64,000 nt of DNA from an uncultured Clostridia bacterium (GTDB lineage Bacteria; Bacillota; Clostridia; Christensenellales; UBA1242), in contig CANRIT010000001.1 of the NCBI GenBank assembly GCA_947630745.1, forward strand, positions 30,732 to 94,731, written 5' to 3'. Of the stretch, positions 7,116 through 16,847 are shown piece after piece. Position 1 is the first letter of the stretch. Each line of letters begins with the position of its first letter. Made by a program: the position numbers and the translations under genes. The notes below the pieces were generated by a model, which was not told where the DNA came from, searched no databases, and was given only the letters and a program-made list of their open reading frames with translations.

Positions 7116-9410
7116 TTACTTTTTATCTTTAACATTTTTTAGGTAGGTGCGGGCGACAAGTACGGTCATGTCATCGCGGGCAGACATGTTGTTTAGGCGG
7201 AGGGCTTCGTTTAGAATGCTTTCGGCAAGCGTTTGAGGATTGTTGCTGGCAAGTTTGGATACATATTCAATAAAATTTTCTTGGCTGACAAAAGCATCGG
7301 TCACTCCATCGGTCGCCATAATCACAATATCCTTTGTTGAAATGGTGGTTTTATAGGTTGACGGGTTTATGCTATCCAGCGCACCAATTGGCAACGCGCC
7401 GCCTTCAACCAGCTCAATATTTGTGTCGCGTTTTATCACCCCATAAGGCGAACCAACCTTAATTATGTCAGCAATCTGCCTATTTAAATCCAGCAAGCAA
7501 ATATCGAGTGTGGAATAATTTTCTTGATTGTTTATGGCAAGCAGTTTGTTAACGCTTTCAAGCACAATATCGTTATCAAACCCCACTTTGTAAAAATTTT
7601 CTATCAAACTAAGGGTAACCGCACTCATATTATGCGCCGTTTTGCCACTACCCATGCCATCACACAGCGCAAGCAAAAACCTATCCTTGCTAAGGCGAAT
7701 TATGCTGTGGCAATCGCCGCACTCTTCGTTGCCCGCCTTGTTACAACTGGCAAGCCCAAAAACACAGTCATACTTGTTGCATTTTTTAAGGGTAATCGAA
7801 ACCAGCCCGCCTTCTTCCATAGGCGTAATTGCATCCACTTGCATTGGCAAGCGCAATATGTTGCTAACCGCTTTTTCAATCTGCGTGTAGTCGCCAACCT
7901 GACCTTTTAAAATCAGCACCACACGCGTGTCTTGCTGCTCGTTGTAAAGCAACACCTCAGTGCATTCAACGTTTATGCTTAACAGTTTTGATATAATTTG
8001 ATTTTCTTTGGCAAGGTCAAACGAAACATTTTTATCCACTTCTTCGCCCACGTCAAGCAGCAGGCGCGATACCGCACCCATCTGGTCGGCAAGCAAAAGT
8101 TTGACATTGTTAACTTCGCTAACCATGCCCTTATACTGCTTGTATTCGTCGCTAAGGCGGTTGATTAAACTTATAAGTTGGTTCACCTTTGCACAGCGAT
8201 TTGTAAGCCCGCTTGGTATGTCAAGCAAGGTTATTTTGCCTTTTGTAACCGCAATTTCGATAAGGTGAGTAAGGTTTGATTCGCTGTCCGACATAAGCGA
8301 GCGCGTGCAACGATTTTTATCCAAACAATCCTTGCAGCAACTTGACATAACTTCGCGCGTTAACATGGCAATAATTTGCTCTTTTGTAAGCTGTTTTTTA
8401 ACCAATTTTAGGTGGATTTGCTTCATGTCCGCAAAAATATTTGATAGTTCGCTAAGCCTGCGCCTTATGCTTTTGCGCGTGGTGTTTATAAGATTGCGGC
8501 TTGTAAGTTCGTTGCGCTTGACATAAACAAAATCCGCCACGCCGTTGATAGCCCTACGGGGTATAAGCACAAACACGATTGCCGCCAGCACGATTGGAAT
8601 TATTTGATAAAGCAAATTAAATCCCGTGCCAAAAAAATAGAACTGCAAAAACAAATCAACTGCCACTGCCATAAGGCTTATGCGGTATTTTTGCGGCATA
8701 CTGAAAACGCAACCTAAAAGCGCAAGCAAGGCAAATTCGGCAACCGGGATAATGGAAAAATTGCTAAGCGCGACACCTAAACTGAACGACAGCGTTATGG
8801 AAAATGTAAGCGCATGGCTGCCAATTGCAATGCAGACAAAAATGGCAAGCATAAGCACAAAGCGGTAAATTTCCACATTAAAAATTTGCACGCCACTTAG
8901 CCCCACTCCCATAAGCGCAACAGTAAACAAAAAGCAAAGCGTTTCGTCAAGGGTAAGTTTAAAGCAGTTTTTTCTAAGCGCCAGCACTTGCATAACCACA
9001 ATAAACACAAACAGACAGACGCTGCCCAGCAAAACATAGTATATTAAATGCTGCCAATTGGCGCGATTGTAAAAAATGTATGTGATAAGCGACAACAAAT
9101 AGCACGCAAACAACACCCACAAATTTATGCGCTTTTTAATTATTTTGCAAAAATAAAACAACACCAATCCAACAGCTACCACAGTAAGCGTGGAATAAAA
9201 TGATTGCAGACTTAAATCCACCACAACTGCACTACCAAGCACAAAAATGGCAAGCAATTTTTCGTTAAATCCAACAAATAAACATGCAAAATAAAACGCG
9301 TACAAAAACGGACTTAAATTATCAATCTGCCCATTGGCGAGCAGCAAGCAAAACAAAAAAATTGCCAAATATTTTAATATGAATTTAAAATTAATTTTAG
9401 ATTTAACCAT
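7116..9410 (-). CDS. spoIIE: stage II sporulation protein E (membrane PP2C phosphatase)
   Basis: 764 aa. About 10 N-terminal TM helices, a central domain and a C-terminal PP2C domain (LALCDGMGSGKTAH ... MATDGVTDAF ... DDMTVLVA). Confidence 0.9.
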   Translation of the reverse strand: MVKSKINFKFILKYLAIFLFCLLLANGQIDNLSPFLYAFYFACLFVGFNEKLLAIFVLGSAVVVDLSLQSFYSTLTVVAVGLVLFYFCKIIKKRINLWVLFACYLLSLITYIFYNRANWQHLIYYVLLGSVCLFVFIVVMQVLALRKNCFKLTLDETLCFLFTVALMGVGLSGVQIFNVEIYRFVLMLAIFVCIAIGSHALTFSITLSFSLGVALSNFSIIPVAEFALLALLGCVFSMPQKYRISLMAVAVDLFLQFYFFGTGFNLLYQIIPIVLAAIVFVLIPRRAINGVADFVYVKRNELTSRNLINTTRKSIRRRLSELSNIFADMKQIHLKLVKKQLTKEQIIAMLTREVMSSCCKDCLDKNRCTRSLMSDSESNLTHLIEIAVTKGKITLLDIPSGLTNRCAKVNQLISLINRLSDEYKQYKGMVSEVNNVKLLLADQMGAVSRLLLDVGEEVDKNVSFDLAKENQIISKLLSINVECTEVLLYNEQQDTRVVLILKGQVGDYTQIEKAVSNILRLPMQVDAITPMEEGGLVSITLKKCNKYDCVFGLASCNKAGNEECGDCHSIIRLSKDRFLLALCDGMGSGKTAHNMSAVTLSLIENFYKVGFDNDIVLESVNKLLAINNQENYSTLDICLLDLNRQIADIIKVGSPYGVIKRDTNIELVEGGALPIGALDSINPSTYKTTISTKDIVIMATDGVTDAFVSQENFIEYVSKLASNNPQTLAESILNEALRLNNMSARDDMTVLVARTYLKNVKDKK

Positions 9411-9530
9411 ATTGCAACTTTAACACACTTTACGCGCATAAAACCGCAAAAAATATGGAAAAATGAAAAACAATTGCACTAATTTTATAAAATTTAAACT
9501 TTTTTTGTTGTTTTTAATATTTCGTTTTGA

Positions 9531-9571
9531 CTTGGCTTTTTGTTACTTTTTATCCCATAAAAAGTAAAAAT
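9531..9571 (-). repeat. AT-hairpin motif copy 2, 46 nt 3' of pheT and ~120 nt 5' of spoIIE
   Basis: CTTGGCTTTTTGTTACTTTTTATCCCATAAAAAGTAAAAAT. The hairpin at 9543-9567 is identical to copy 1. Confidence 0.8.
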
Positions 9572-9612
9572 AAACCCACAAAAGTAAAGAAAAAACTGGA
9601 TTTTAACCCAGT

Positions 9613-11985
9613 TTATCTTAATTTTGCATTGAATTCGCGGATTTCAGCGTTAAGCACTTTTTCAATAATTGGAGCAATTTCATTTTCGGCAAGTGGCTTT
9701 TCGCCTTGGCGGATAGATAAGGTCAACGCCACGCTCTTTTTATGCTCCCCTAGGGTATCTGAAATGTACACGTCAAACACCTTGCAATCGGCAATTGCTT
9801 GCTTATCCGCTTTTAATGCCACTTCAATAATGCGATTTGCTGACACATCTTGATCAAGCACAATCGCCAAATCGCGCGTAATGTGAGGCAATTTTTCTGG
9901 TGCTGCGCCGTTGTGTCTATCATTAAGGCGGACAATTGCATTAGACAAGTCAATTTCGGCAACATACACCTTTTGATTAATGTCAAAATTCTTTAAAATG
10001 TTAGGGTGAACTTCGCCAATAACGCCAATTTTTCTATTGTACAAAATCACATCCGCACATATACCCGAGTGGAGCATATTGTCCGTGCTTTGCTTATAGG
10101 TTAAAGGCACGCCAATGCTGGACATAATTAGGTTAAGGTCGTTTTTAAGTTTGTAAAAGTCGCCCGCATCGGTAGTTGCCAAACATAGGTTGCTGTGTTC
10201 GTTTGGAAGTTCGGTTATCGGCAACTGCTTTGAAACAAACACGCGCGCCAATTCAAACAATTTAAGTTGTTTGTTGCCCATGTTTATGTTTTGCGCCACG
10301 GTTTGCAACATTGCTGGCAACAAACTACGCCTTACAATGCTGTAATCTTGCCCAATTGGATTTAAAATTTTGATATGCTCATCCACATTTAATCCAGCAG
10401 ACGCAACAAGTTTTGGACTGCCAAATTGCCAATTTAACACTTCGTAAAAGCCGTTTAAGCTTGCCGCAAGTTTTATGCGGTTAATATTTTTTTGCTCAAT
10501 TGTAAGCTCGCCCACGGTGGAAAAATCGGTGTCTTCTGTGCTATCCAAGCCAATTTTATCCAACCCATAAATTCTGCCCACTTCTTCGCAAATGTCGCAT
10601 TCGCGTTCAATATCGGTGCGCTCAGGCGGAATTTTTGAAGTTATAACTCCATTTTTTAGAGTGGAAATAATGTTTAGGCGATTTAAAATGTCAACCATAG
10701 TGTTGCCGTCAATTTTTAGACCAAGGCGTGCACAAATTCCGTCAACCTTGCTTTCAACAATGCGCGGTTCTGGTAAAGATTGTTTGCAATCCACAATCAC
10801 ACTGGATATACTCCCCACCCCCATACTATCAATAAGGTTAAGTGCGCGTTTAAGACCAATGTCTGTGTTTTCTACATTTACCCCTTTGGCGTATCTTATA
10901 CTACTATCACTGGATAGCCCCAACTGGTATGAACTGTGGCGAATGTTTACAAAATTAAAGTTTGCACTTTCCAGCATAACATTATGGGTGTCGGGGTATG
11001 TTCCGCTTTCAAGTCCGCCCATAATGCCAGCAATAACCATAGGCTTGTTTGCATTTGCAATAACCAAATTGTTCTCATTTAAAGTGTACTCTTTATTATC
11101 AAGCGCAACCAATTTTTCGCCCGCGTTGGCACGGCGCACAACAATTTTTTCGCCTTCAATTTTGCTTAGGTCAAACGCGTGCATAGGCTGACCAACTTCA
11201 AGCAAAACATAGTTGGTTATATCCACAAAAAGTGAGTGTGGGGTGTGGTCTAAAAGCGTAAGTCTGCGCTTGATAAAGTCTGGACTGTCGCCATTTTTAA
11301 CATTTTCCACCACGCACGCTTCATATCTAGGACAAAGCGAAAAATCTTGCACTTCAACCGCAATCTTGCGCGTACTTTTTGCCGTATAACTTAAATTAAG
11401 CGGTTTTAATTCAAGCCCAAAAATTGCACTTATTTCGCGTGCAATACCATAAATTGAATTGCAATCTGCTCGGTTTGGCAGCACATTTACATCTAACACC
11501 ACTTCATCCATTTTAAGCACTTTGCTTATAGGAGTACCGGGTATAAGATTTTTATCCAAAATAAGCAAGCCGTCAACTTCCGCCCCGGGATAGATATCGT
11601 CAGTTATGCCAAGTTCTTCGCCCGCGCAAAACATACCGTTGGATGGTATCCCGCGCAAATTTCCGTTTTTAATTTCTGCACCATTAGGAAGACGCGCCCC
11701 GTCAAGCGCAAGTGGCACATTGTCGCCTTCTTTCATATTATTTGCATGCGTTACAATTTGTGTTTTGCCGTAGCCGTAATCCGCTTGACAAATAACCAAT
11801 TTGTCCGCATTTGGGTGCGGTTCAATTTTGGTAATTCGGCTTACAACAACCTTATCAAGCCCCTTAGACTTGTCGATAATCTCTTCCACTTCAAAGCCAG
11901 CATCGGTAAGCCCCTTTGCAATGGTTTTTGCGTCCAGCGCGCTTATATCCACATAATCGTTTATCCAAGATAATAAAACTTTCAT
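9613..11985 (-). CDS. pheT: phenylalanine--tRNA ligase beta subunit
   Basis: 790 aa with a full PheT domain series (tRNA-binding, B3/B4, B5, FDX-ACB). The start codon overlaps the upstream stop (ATGA). Confidence 0.97.
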   Translation of the reverse strand: MKVLLSWINDYVDISALDAKTIAKGLTDAGFEVEEIIDKSKGLDKVVVSRITKIEPHPNADKLVICQADYGYGKTQIVTHANNMKEGDNVPLALDGARLPNGAEIKNGNLRGIPSNGMFCAGEELGITDDIYPGAEVDGLLILDKNLIPGTPISKVLKMDEVVLDVNVLPNRADCNSIYGIAREISAIFGLELKPLNLSYTAKSTRKIAVEVQDFSLCPRYEACVVENVKNGDSPDFIKRRLTLLDHTPHSLFVDITNYVLLEVGQPMHAFDLSKIEGEKIVVRRANAGEKLVALDNKEYTLNENNLVIANANKPMVIAGIMGGLESGTYPDTHNVMLESANFNFVNIRHSSYQLGLSSDSSIRYAKGVNVENTDIGLKRALNLIDSMGVGSISSVIVDCKQSLPEPRIVESKVDGICARLGLKIDGNTMVDILNRLNIISTLKNGVITSKIPPERTDIERECDICEEVGRIYGLDKIGLDSTEDTDFSTVGELTIEQKNINRIKLAASLNGFYEVLNWQFGSPKLVASAGLNVDEHIKILNPIGQDYSIVRRSLLPAMLQTVAQNINMGNKQLKLFELARVFVSKQLPITELPNEHSNLCLATTDAGDFYKLKNDLNLIMSSIGVPLTYKQSTDNMLHSGICADVILYNRKIGVIGEVHPNILKNFDINQKVYVAEIDLSNAIVRLNDRHNGAAPEKLPHITRDLAIVLDQDVSANRIIEVALKADKQAIADCKVFDVYISDTLGEHKKSVALTLSIRQGEKPLAENEIAPIIEKVLNAEIREFNAKLR

Positions 11986-12536
11986 TTTCTCTCCTTATAT
12001 ATTACTTTATCCAATGCTTTAAATATTTTTTGATAATTTTTATCCCAAATTATACCAATTGACTTATCACTTTTTTGTGCAAGTTGCTTAACATACTCAT
12101 AGTCCAGATATTTAACTTCGCTTAATTCTTCTTTTTGAATTTTAATTTTTTCAAGCGGAATTTTTGCAAAAACATAAAAATAACTTGCAAAATTATGATT
12201 TTTGGGCTCTACCACCTTAATTTCGGTTAAAAATTGCGGTTCGTACTCGTTTAAATCCACACCAATTTCTTCGCTACACTCTTTATATAATGTATCCAAA
12301 ATGCTATCTTCGCCAACCACATGTCCAGCCACAATCGCCCATATGTTAGGGTTAATCTTTTTGTACTTGCTGCGCTTTTGCATAAGCACTTTGTTATTTG
12401 TTGGGTCAATTATCCACAGCGCAATTTCGTTGTGCCATAATTCTAAATCATGCACCACACTGCGCTTTTCCATTTTAATAAAGTTATGATTTTCATCATA
12501 AACTTTTAGTATTTCTTCTTTATCTGCTGGTTTCAT
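11982..12536 (-). CDS. Nudix hydrolase (IDI-like subgroup), paralogue 2, lying between pheS and pheT
   Basis: 184 aa. Nudix-box-like GHVVGEDSILDTLYKECSEEIGV. About 50% identical by eye to 13576-14133. AGGAG RBS. Stop overlaps the pheT start. Confidence 0.85.
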   Translation of the reverse strand: MKPADKEEILKVYDENHNFIKMEKRSVVHDLELWHNEIALWIIDPTNNKVLMQKRSKYKKINPNIWAIVAGHVVGEDSILDTLYKECSEEIGVDLNEYEPQFLTEIKVVEPKNHNFASYFYVFAKIPLEKIKIQKEELSEVKYLDYEYVKQLAQKSDKSIGIIWDKNYQKIFKALDKVIYKERK

Positions 12537-12544
12537 TTAATCTC

Positions 12545-13567
12545 CTATTTAAATTGCTTTATAAAGCGCACATCGTTTGAAAACATAACTTTGGCGTTAG
12601 GTATTTTGTAGCGAATTTTTGGAAAGCGGTCAAACCCAAAGCCAAACGCGTATCCGCTAAATTCATTTGGGTCAATGCCATTAAGTTCAAGCACATGCGG
12701 ATGAATCATACCCGCCCCCAGTATCTCGTACTGACCATTTCCGTTGCACGCCGCGCAGCCTTTACCTTTGCAGACATTGCACTCGGCATCAACTTCCACA
12801 CTTGGTTCGGTAAACGGAAAATAACTTGCCCTAAACTTAATTTTTGTTGCATCACCCAAATATTTTTTAAGTATCAAGCTTAAATCGTGTTTAAGTGTGG
12901 CAAGGCTAACTTTTTTGTCAATGTAAATGCCTTCCAACTGATGAAACGCTGGGGTGTGGGTGGCATCCAAATCGTCCTTTCTAAACACGCGCCCAAAACT
13001 AAACACCTTAAATGGCGGCTTAATCTTTTCCATAGCGCGCGGCTGGGTGTTGGAAGTTTGCGTGCGCAACAAAATGTCGTTGGTTATATACAAACTGTCC
13101 TGCATGTCGCGGCTTGGATGGTCTTTTGGCACGTTTACAAGTTCAAAATTATACTTATCAAGCTCAATTTCCGGCCCGTCAATTTGGCTAAATCCCATGC
13201 CAGTTAAAATGTCACACATGCGCATAAAATCAAGCGTAACTGGATGAAGCGCGCCAATTTCTTCCGCATTTAAATCAAGCGTAACATCAATTTTTTCGCT
13301 CATCAATTTTTGTTGCAATTCGGCCGCTGCAAGCGAGGTTTCCTTTTCCGCAATTATGCTTTCCGCTGCCTGTTTTGCGCCGTTTAATAACTGCCCAACC
13401 GCACCCTTTTGCTCGGCTGGCACATCTTTCATCAGCTTAAACAATTCGGTCAGCTTGCCCGATTTGCCAAGCACTTCCACTCTAACCGCTTGGCAATCCG
13501 CACTTGTTTTTACTTCCGCCATTTTGCCTTTTACATAATTTAAAATTTCGTCAATTTTTTGTTGCAT
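12545..13567 (-). CDS. pheS: phenylalanine--tRNA ligase alpha subunit
   Basis: 340 aa with class II motifs (FRKDDLDATHTPAFHQLEG; GAGMIHP; GFGFDR). GGAGG RBS. Confidence 0.97.
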   Translation of the reverse strand: MQQKIDEILNYVKGKMAEVKTSADCQAVRVEVLGKSGKLTELFKLMKDVPAEQKGAVGQLLNGAKQAAESIIAEKETSLAAAELQQKLMSEKIDVTLDLNAEEIGALHPVTLDFMRMCDILTGMGFSQIDGPEIELDKYNFELVNVPKDHPSRDMQDSLYITNDILLRTQTSNTQPRAMEKIKPPFKVFSFGRVFRKDDLDATHTPAFHQLEGIYIDKKVSLATLKHDLSLILKKYLGDATKIKFRASYFPFTEPSVEVDAECNVCKGKGCAACNGNGQYEILGAGMIHPHVLELNGIDPNEFSGYAFGFGFDRFPKIRYKIPNAKVMFSNDVRFIKQFK

Positions 13568-13575
13568 AAATCCTC

Positions 13576-14133
13576 CTAAATCAATTTGTTTTTGCCGTAC
13601 ATAACTTTGTCTAACTCGCCAAAAACTGTTTTAAAAATGTTGTCCCATTTAAAAGTGTATTTTTCATCACCCGCTTGCAAATCTACTTTTAACTTTTCGT
13701 AATCAAAATAGTTAACTTCGCTTAATTCTTCCTTTTGAATTTTGAATTTTTCAAGCGGAATATTTGCAATGATGTAATAATAATGCGTCCAATAATTCCT
13801 TGGCGCGGGCCGTTTGATTGTAAACAATTTGTTCAATTTATATTGGTTTAAATCTATGCCAATTTCTTCTTTGGCTTCGTTTACAACCGCTTGCTCAATC
13901 GTTTCATCCGCAGTTACATGCCCAGCCACAATCCCCCATTTGTTGGGGTTAAATAATTTATTTGCACTGCGCTTTTGCAATAACACTCTGCCGTTTTCAA
14001 TATCGATAACCCAAAGCCCAATTTCGTCATGAAACAAATGTTTTTCACTGACCACACTGCGCTTTTCCTTGCCTAGATAATTATGATTTTCATCGTAAAT
14101 ATTTAGCAATTCTTCCTTGTCCGCCACCTTCAT
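13576..14133 (-). CDS. Nudix hydrolase (IDI-like subgroup), paralogue 1
   Basis: 185 aa. Nudix-box-like GHVTADETIEQAVVNEAKEEIGI. AAGGAG RBS lies inside the end of the upstream gene. Confidence 0.85.
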   Translation of the reverse strand: MKVADKEELLNIYDENHNYLGKEKRSVVSEKHLFHDEIGLWVIDIENGRVLLQKRSANKLFNPNKWGIVAGHVTADETIEQAVVNEAKEEIGIDLNQYKLNKLFTIKRPAPRNYWTHYYYIIANIPLEKFKIQKEELSEVNYFDYEKLKVDLQAGDEKYTFKWDNIFKTVFGELDKVMYGKNKLI

Positions 14134-14136
14134 GTC

Positions 14137-14700
14137 CTATTTTTTCTCCTTTAAATAATCGTCTTTTATAAGCCCAAAATTATACACATCAATAAATTTG
14201 CCATTTAAAATGCGCGCTTGGCGGGCGACCCCTTCCAAAACAAAGCCCAATTTTTCTGTTAGCCGCTTGCTTGCCTCGTTGCCTTGCCAAACAAAAGCTT
14301 CAATCCTATTTATGTCGCACTTATTAAACAGCCAATCAATAATTTTTTTGCACGCCTCATACGCAATGCCTTGCTGCTGAAATTCTGGGCGAATAGTCCA
14401 ACCCATGCTGCACATTTTTATTTGGTTATTGTATCTCTCAATCCCCACAATGCCCACAATCGTTTTATTAAATTCAATTGCAAACTTTTTAGAGCCTCTT
14501 GGCAGATTATAACATTCTATAAATCTATTTAAATCTTCAACATAGCCTTCGCGCTCTTTTGGAGATATTCCGCCTTGATACACATACAATCTTTCATCTG
14601 CGCGAATTTTTATAAAGTCTTCAATGTCGGTTTTTTTAAATTTGCGCAAAATCAGCCGCTCGGTTTTTAGTGTTGGTATTTTTAAAATTTGCTGTTCCAT
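14137..14700 (-). CDS. GNAT family N-acetyltransferase (RimJ/RimL-like)
   Basis: ORF trimmed to the ATG after GGAGGAGC. TERLILRKF ... GWTIRPEFQQQGIAYEA ... ASKRLTEKLGF is typical of Acetyltransf_3. Confidence 0.85.
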   Translation of the reverse strand: MEQQILKIPTLKTERLILRKFKKTDIEDFIKIRADERLYVYQGGISPKEREGYVEDLNRFIECYNLPRGSKKFAIEFNKTIVGIVGIERYNNQIKMCSMGWTIRPEFQQQGIAYEACKKIIDWLFNKCDINRIEAFVWQGNEASKRLTEKLGFVLEGVARQARILNGKFIDVYNFGLIKDDYLKEKK

Positions 14701-14711
14701 GCTCCTCCAAA

Positions 14712-14952
14712 ATAAAAAACGCCCCATAATAGGACGAGTTAAATCGTGGTACCACCTATCTTCGCTTGCAACTGCTTTTACATTTTGAATTGTAAGTTTG
14801 TTGCAAACCTTATTACATTTTTACAGTTTTGTCTGTCGCCAAACGGCGCAACTCGGATGCTGAAATTCGCGTTAAGCCTGAACATAGGCACTTCCCTTCC
14901 ACGAGTGCCCTCTCACAATGAAAGCCTAACCCTACTGCACACATCGTCACAG
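14712..14952 (-). promoter_or_regulatory. T-box leader RNA, Phe specifier
   Basis: On the minus strand: GACGATG K-turn region; AGTA S-turn; Stem I GTTAGGCTT/AGGCTTAAC; GTGAGAG AG-bulge; distal stem GGCACT/AGTGCC; specifier loop GAATTTCA (TTT or TTC, both Phe; plus-strand 14861-14868). T-box GGTGGTACCACG at plus-strand 14745-14756. Terminator CGTCC..GGGGCG plus TTTTTT, then the RBS. Confidence 0.85.
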
Positions 14953-14965
14953 TATTTATAATTTA

Positions 14966-14994
14966 ATTATACCCCAAACCGCACCAATTGTCAA
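14966..14994 (-). promoter_or_regulatory. consensus sigma-A promoter of the T-box/pheST operon
   Basis: On the minus strand: TTGACA, 17 nt, TATAAT, just upstream of the leader. Confidence 0.6.
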
Positions 14995-15013
14995 CCAAAA
15001 ACACCAAAAAGTT

Positions 15014-15041
15014 TTGCAATATGCAAAATTTGTGTTACAAT
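15014..15041 (+). promoter_or_regulatory. sigma-A-type promoter (extended -10)
   Basis: TTGCAA, 16 nt, TGtTACAAT, about 35 nt before the 15077 start. Confidence 0.4.
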
Positions 15042-15076
15042 ATTGTGAATTGGCGAACATGAATTAAGGATTATTT

Positions 15077-15544
15077 ATGAAAGACAAAACGATTTATGAT
15101 AAAATATTTGACGGACCTTGTGAGGTTTGCTGCAAAACAATTAAAAAAGATTGCTATGGGCAAGGTAAATGCCCGTATTGCGGTTGGAGAAATTGTTACT
15201 TGAACGAAGAAAATCCAGATAAAGTTATCCACCCAAACCTTGTGTCATTAAATAAAGCAAAACATTTACACGCGCAAGGTAAACAAATCGAGCCTGATTT
15301 AGACGACTTTATTGGCGCGTTGCACGCATATAGCGAAGTGCAATTTTGCTATCACGGCATTTGTTATGCGGTGGAATTAATTGGTTTTGAAGCTGGCAAT
15401 ATTAAAATACAACTTTACAATACAAAAACAAAAGAAGAATTTGTTTATAATAACGATGATGCTTTTAAAAACAATGCCATAGTCGAAGGCAAACTACTAA
15501 AAGAAATTTGGGACGAAACCACAGATAGAAATTGGCTGCAATAA
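15077..15544 (+). CDS. cysteine-rich zinc-ribbon protein (CPCC-like N-terminus), function unknown
   Basis: 155 aa. CEVCC...C..QGKCPYCGWRNC cysteine cluster. AAGGA RBS. Confidence 0.55.
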   Translation: MKDKTIYDKIFDGPCEVCCKTIKKDCYGQGKCPYCGWRNCYLNEENPDKVIHPNLVSLNKAKHLHAQGKQIEPDLDDFIGALHAYSEVQFCYHGICYAVELIGFEAGNIKIQLYNTKTKEEFVYNNDDAFKNNAIVEGKLLKEIWDETTDRNWLQ

Positions 15545-15582
15545 ATTTAAAAAATTTGCTGTAAAATAAAATAGCAAAAAAC

Positions 15583-15598
15583 GGGAGTGCGCGCTCCC
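15583..15598. terminator. bidirectional intrinsic terminator
   Basis: GGGAG-TGCGCG-CTCCC flanked by an A-run and a T-run, between convergent genes. Confidence 0.6.
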
Positions 15599-15602
15599 CT
15601 TT

Positions 15603-16847
15603 TTAAAACTCGCTTTTTATTAGTGTGGTGATGTGAAGGTCGATGTCATTTAAGAAGTTGTCTTTACCCGTTTGCTGTATGTATTTTTTCCACTTCTTGT
15701 AGGCGAAGGCGTTAAAGTGTTTGTAAACGCCAATCACATCAATTTTGTTTTGTTTGCAATAGTCAAGTGCCTCGTGCATGTCAGATTCAATCTTTTCTTT
15801 AATTTTTTTAACCAATTCTGGTGTTAAAAACTCTTGGTTGCGGCGCAAAATTTTTTGGGTTGGATTTTCTTCGTCCACTTCTTCCACCATTACGCTTATA
15901 TGAACGCTTACATCCAAATTTGGCTTGCCGTCTTTAAATGACACAAAGGTGAAAACTTTTTTGTTTGCCATGTTTACTACCACGCGCGCGTTATTGTATA
16001 GATAGTCGTTAACGCCCTCAACCGTTATGCTGCCCGTTTGGTTTTTATCCACAAAATAGTTTAATTTATCCACCATGGTTGGGATTATTGTGTTTACGGT
16101 TTTGCCAAATTTAAACACGCTCATTGTGCCGTCATAAAACAGATATTTTGGTGGCTTACTTTGGCTTTGTCCGCCACCCGAACCCGAGCCGCCCGCGCCC
16201 GCCGATTCGCCGCCTGATTGGCCAGCCTCCACCGAGTTTTTGTACGGCTTGTCAAGCAAACTTATTTTTGGAATAATTCCAATACCAGTGTCGCCAAAAT
16301 ATCCCATGTAAAACAATTCGATATTGCTGTTTTTGGCAAGAATAAAGCGTTTGTCAAAATTAATTATCTCTTCCAAACTTAAATTTTTGCTTGTGTTGAC
16401 ATCGGCGGTGGCTTGTGCAAATTCGTCAATTTTGCCCGAAAAATTTATAAGCCCAGCATTTCTACCCACCTTTTTTGTGCGGGTCATATAGTCCAAAACA
16501 TTAATTACCCCGTCCTTGCAAATGTTGTCACCCAGCCCCATAATTTGGCACTGCGCAAACCCCATATCTTTGCCAAGCGAAAGCGAAACGCTGTCCACCG
16601 CAGCGGAAAGAGTTTCCCCTTCGCCGTTGTACACTTGCTGGTTTTTGGTGCGGTCTTGCCCGGGCGCAAGCACAACCGCCGACACCTTGATTGTGTCTTG
16701 CTCTTTATCCACAAACATCATGGTGACAATTGCCTCTGTTTGGCTCATCGCCTTGGCATTAAGTTGCGGCAAGGTAAAAACCAAAAGCACAATACACAGC
16801 CAAAGCACAAGTTTGCGCGGGCTGAAAATGGTTTTTAATTTTTTCAT
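15603..16847 (-). CDS. spore germinant receptor, GerA-family C subunit (Ger(x)C)
   Basis: 414 aa with an N-terminal signal. Third gene of an A-B-C operon with overlapping junctions. Typical GerAC length and layout, with a Gly/Ser-rich insert. Confidence 0.8.
   Translation of the reverse strand: MKKLKTIFSPRKLVLWLCIVLLVFTLPQLNAKAMSQTEAIVTMMFVDKEQDTIKVSAVVLAPGQDRTKNQQVYNGEGETLSAAVDSVSLSLGKDMGFAQCQIMGLGDNICKDGVINVLDYMTRTKKVGRNAGLINFSGKIDEFAQATADVNTSKNLSLEEIINFDKRFILAKNSNIELFYMGYFGDTGIGIIPKISLLDKPYKNSVEAGQSGGESAGAGGSGSGGGQSQSKPPKYLFYDGTMSVFKFGKTVNTIIPTMVDKLNYFVDKNQTGSITVEGVNDYLYNNARVVVNMANKKVFTFVSFKDGKPNLDVSVHISVMVEEVDEENPTQKILRRNQEFLTPELVKKIKEKIESDMHEALDYCKQNKIDVIGVYKHFNAFAYKKWKKYIQQTGKDNFLNDIDLHITTLIKSEF

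Noticed and set aside
10592-11191. Long antisense ORFs inside recognised genes: 7524-7910, 10592-11191, 16413-16905, 23192-24964 (several), 43345-43944, 46434-46913 and 51151-51561.
   Set aside because: In each case the opposite strand encodes a full-length, family-recognisable protein (spoIIE, pheT, gerAC, P-type ATPase, hydrogenase, spo0A, lysS). The antisense products are low-complexity and lack an RBS.
14746-14961. ORF 14746-14961 (plus) as a gene.
   Set aside because: It lies antisense to a well-formed T-box leader, has no RBS, and the region is explained by the riboswitch.
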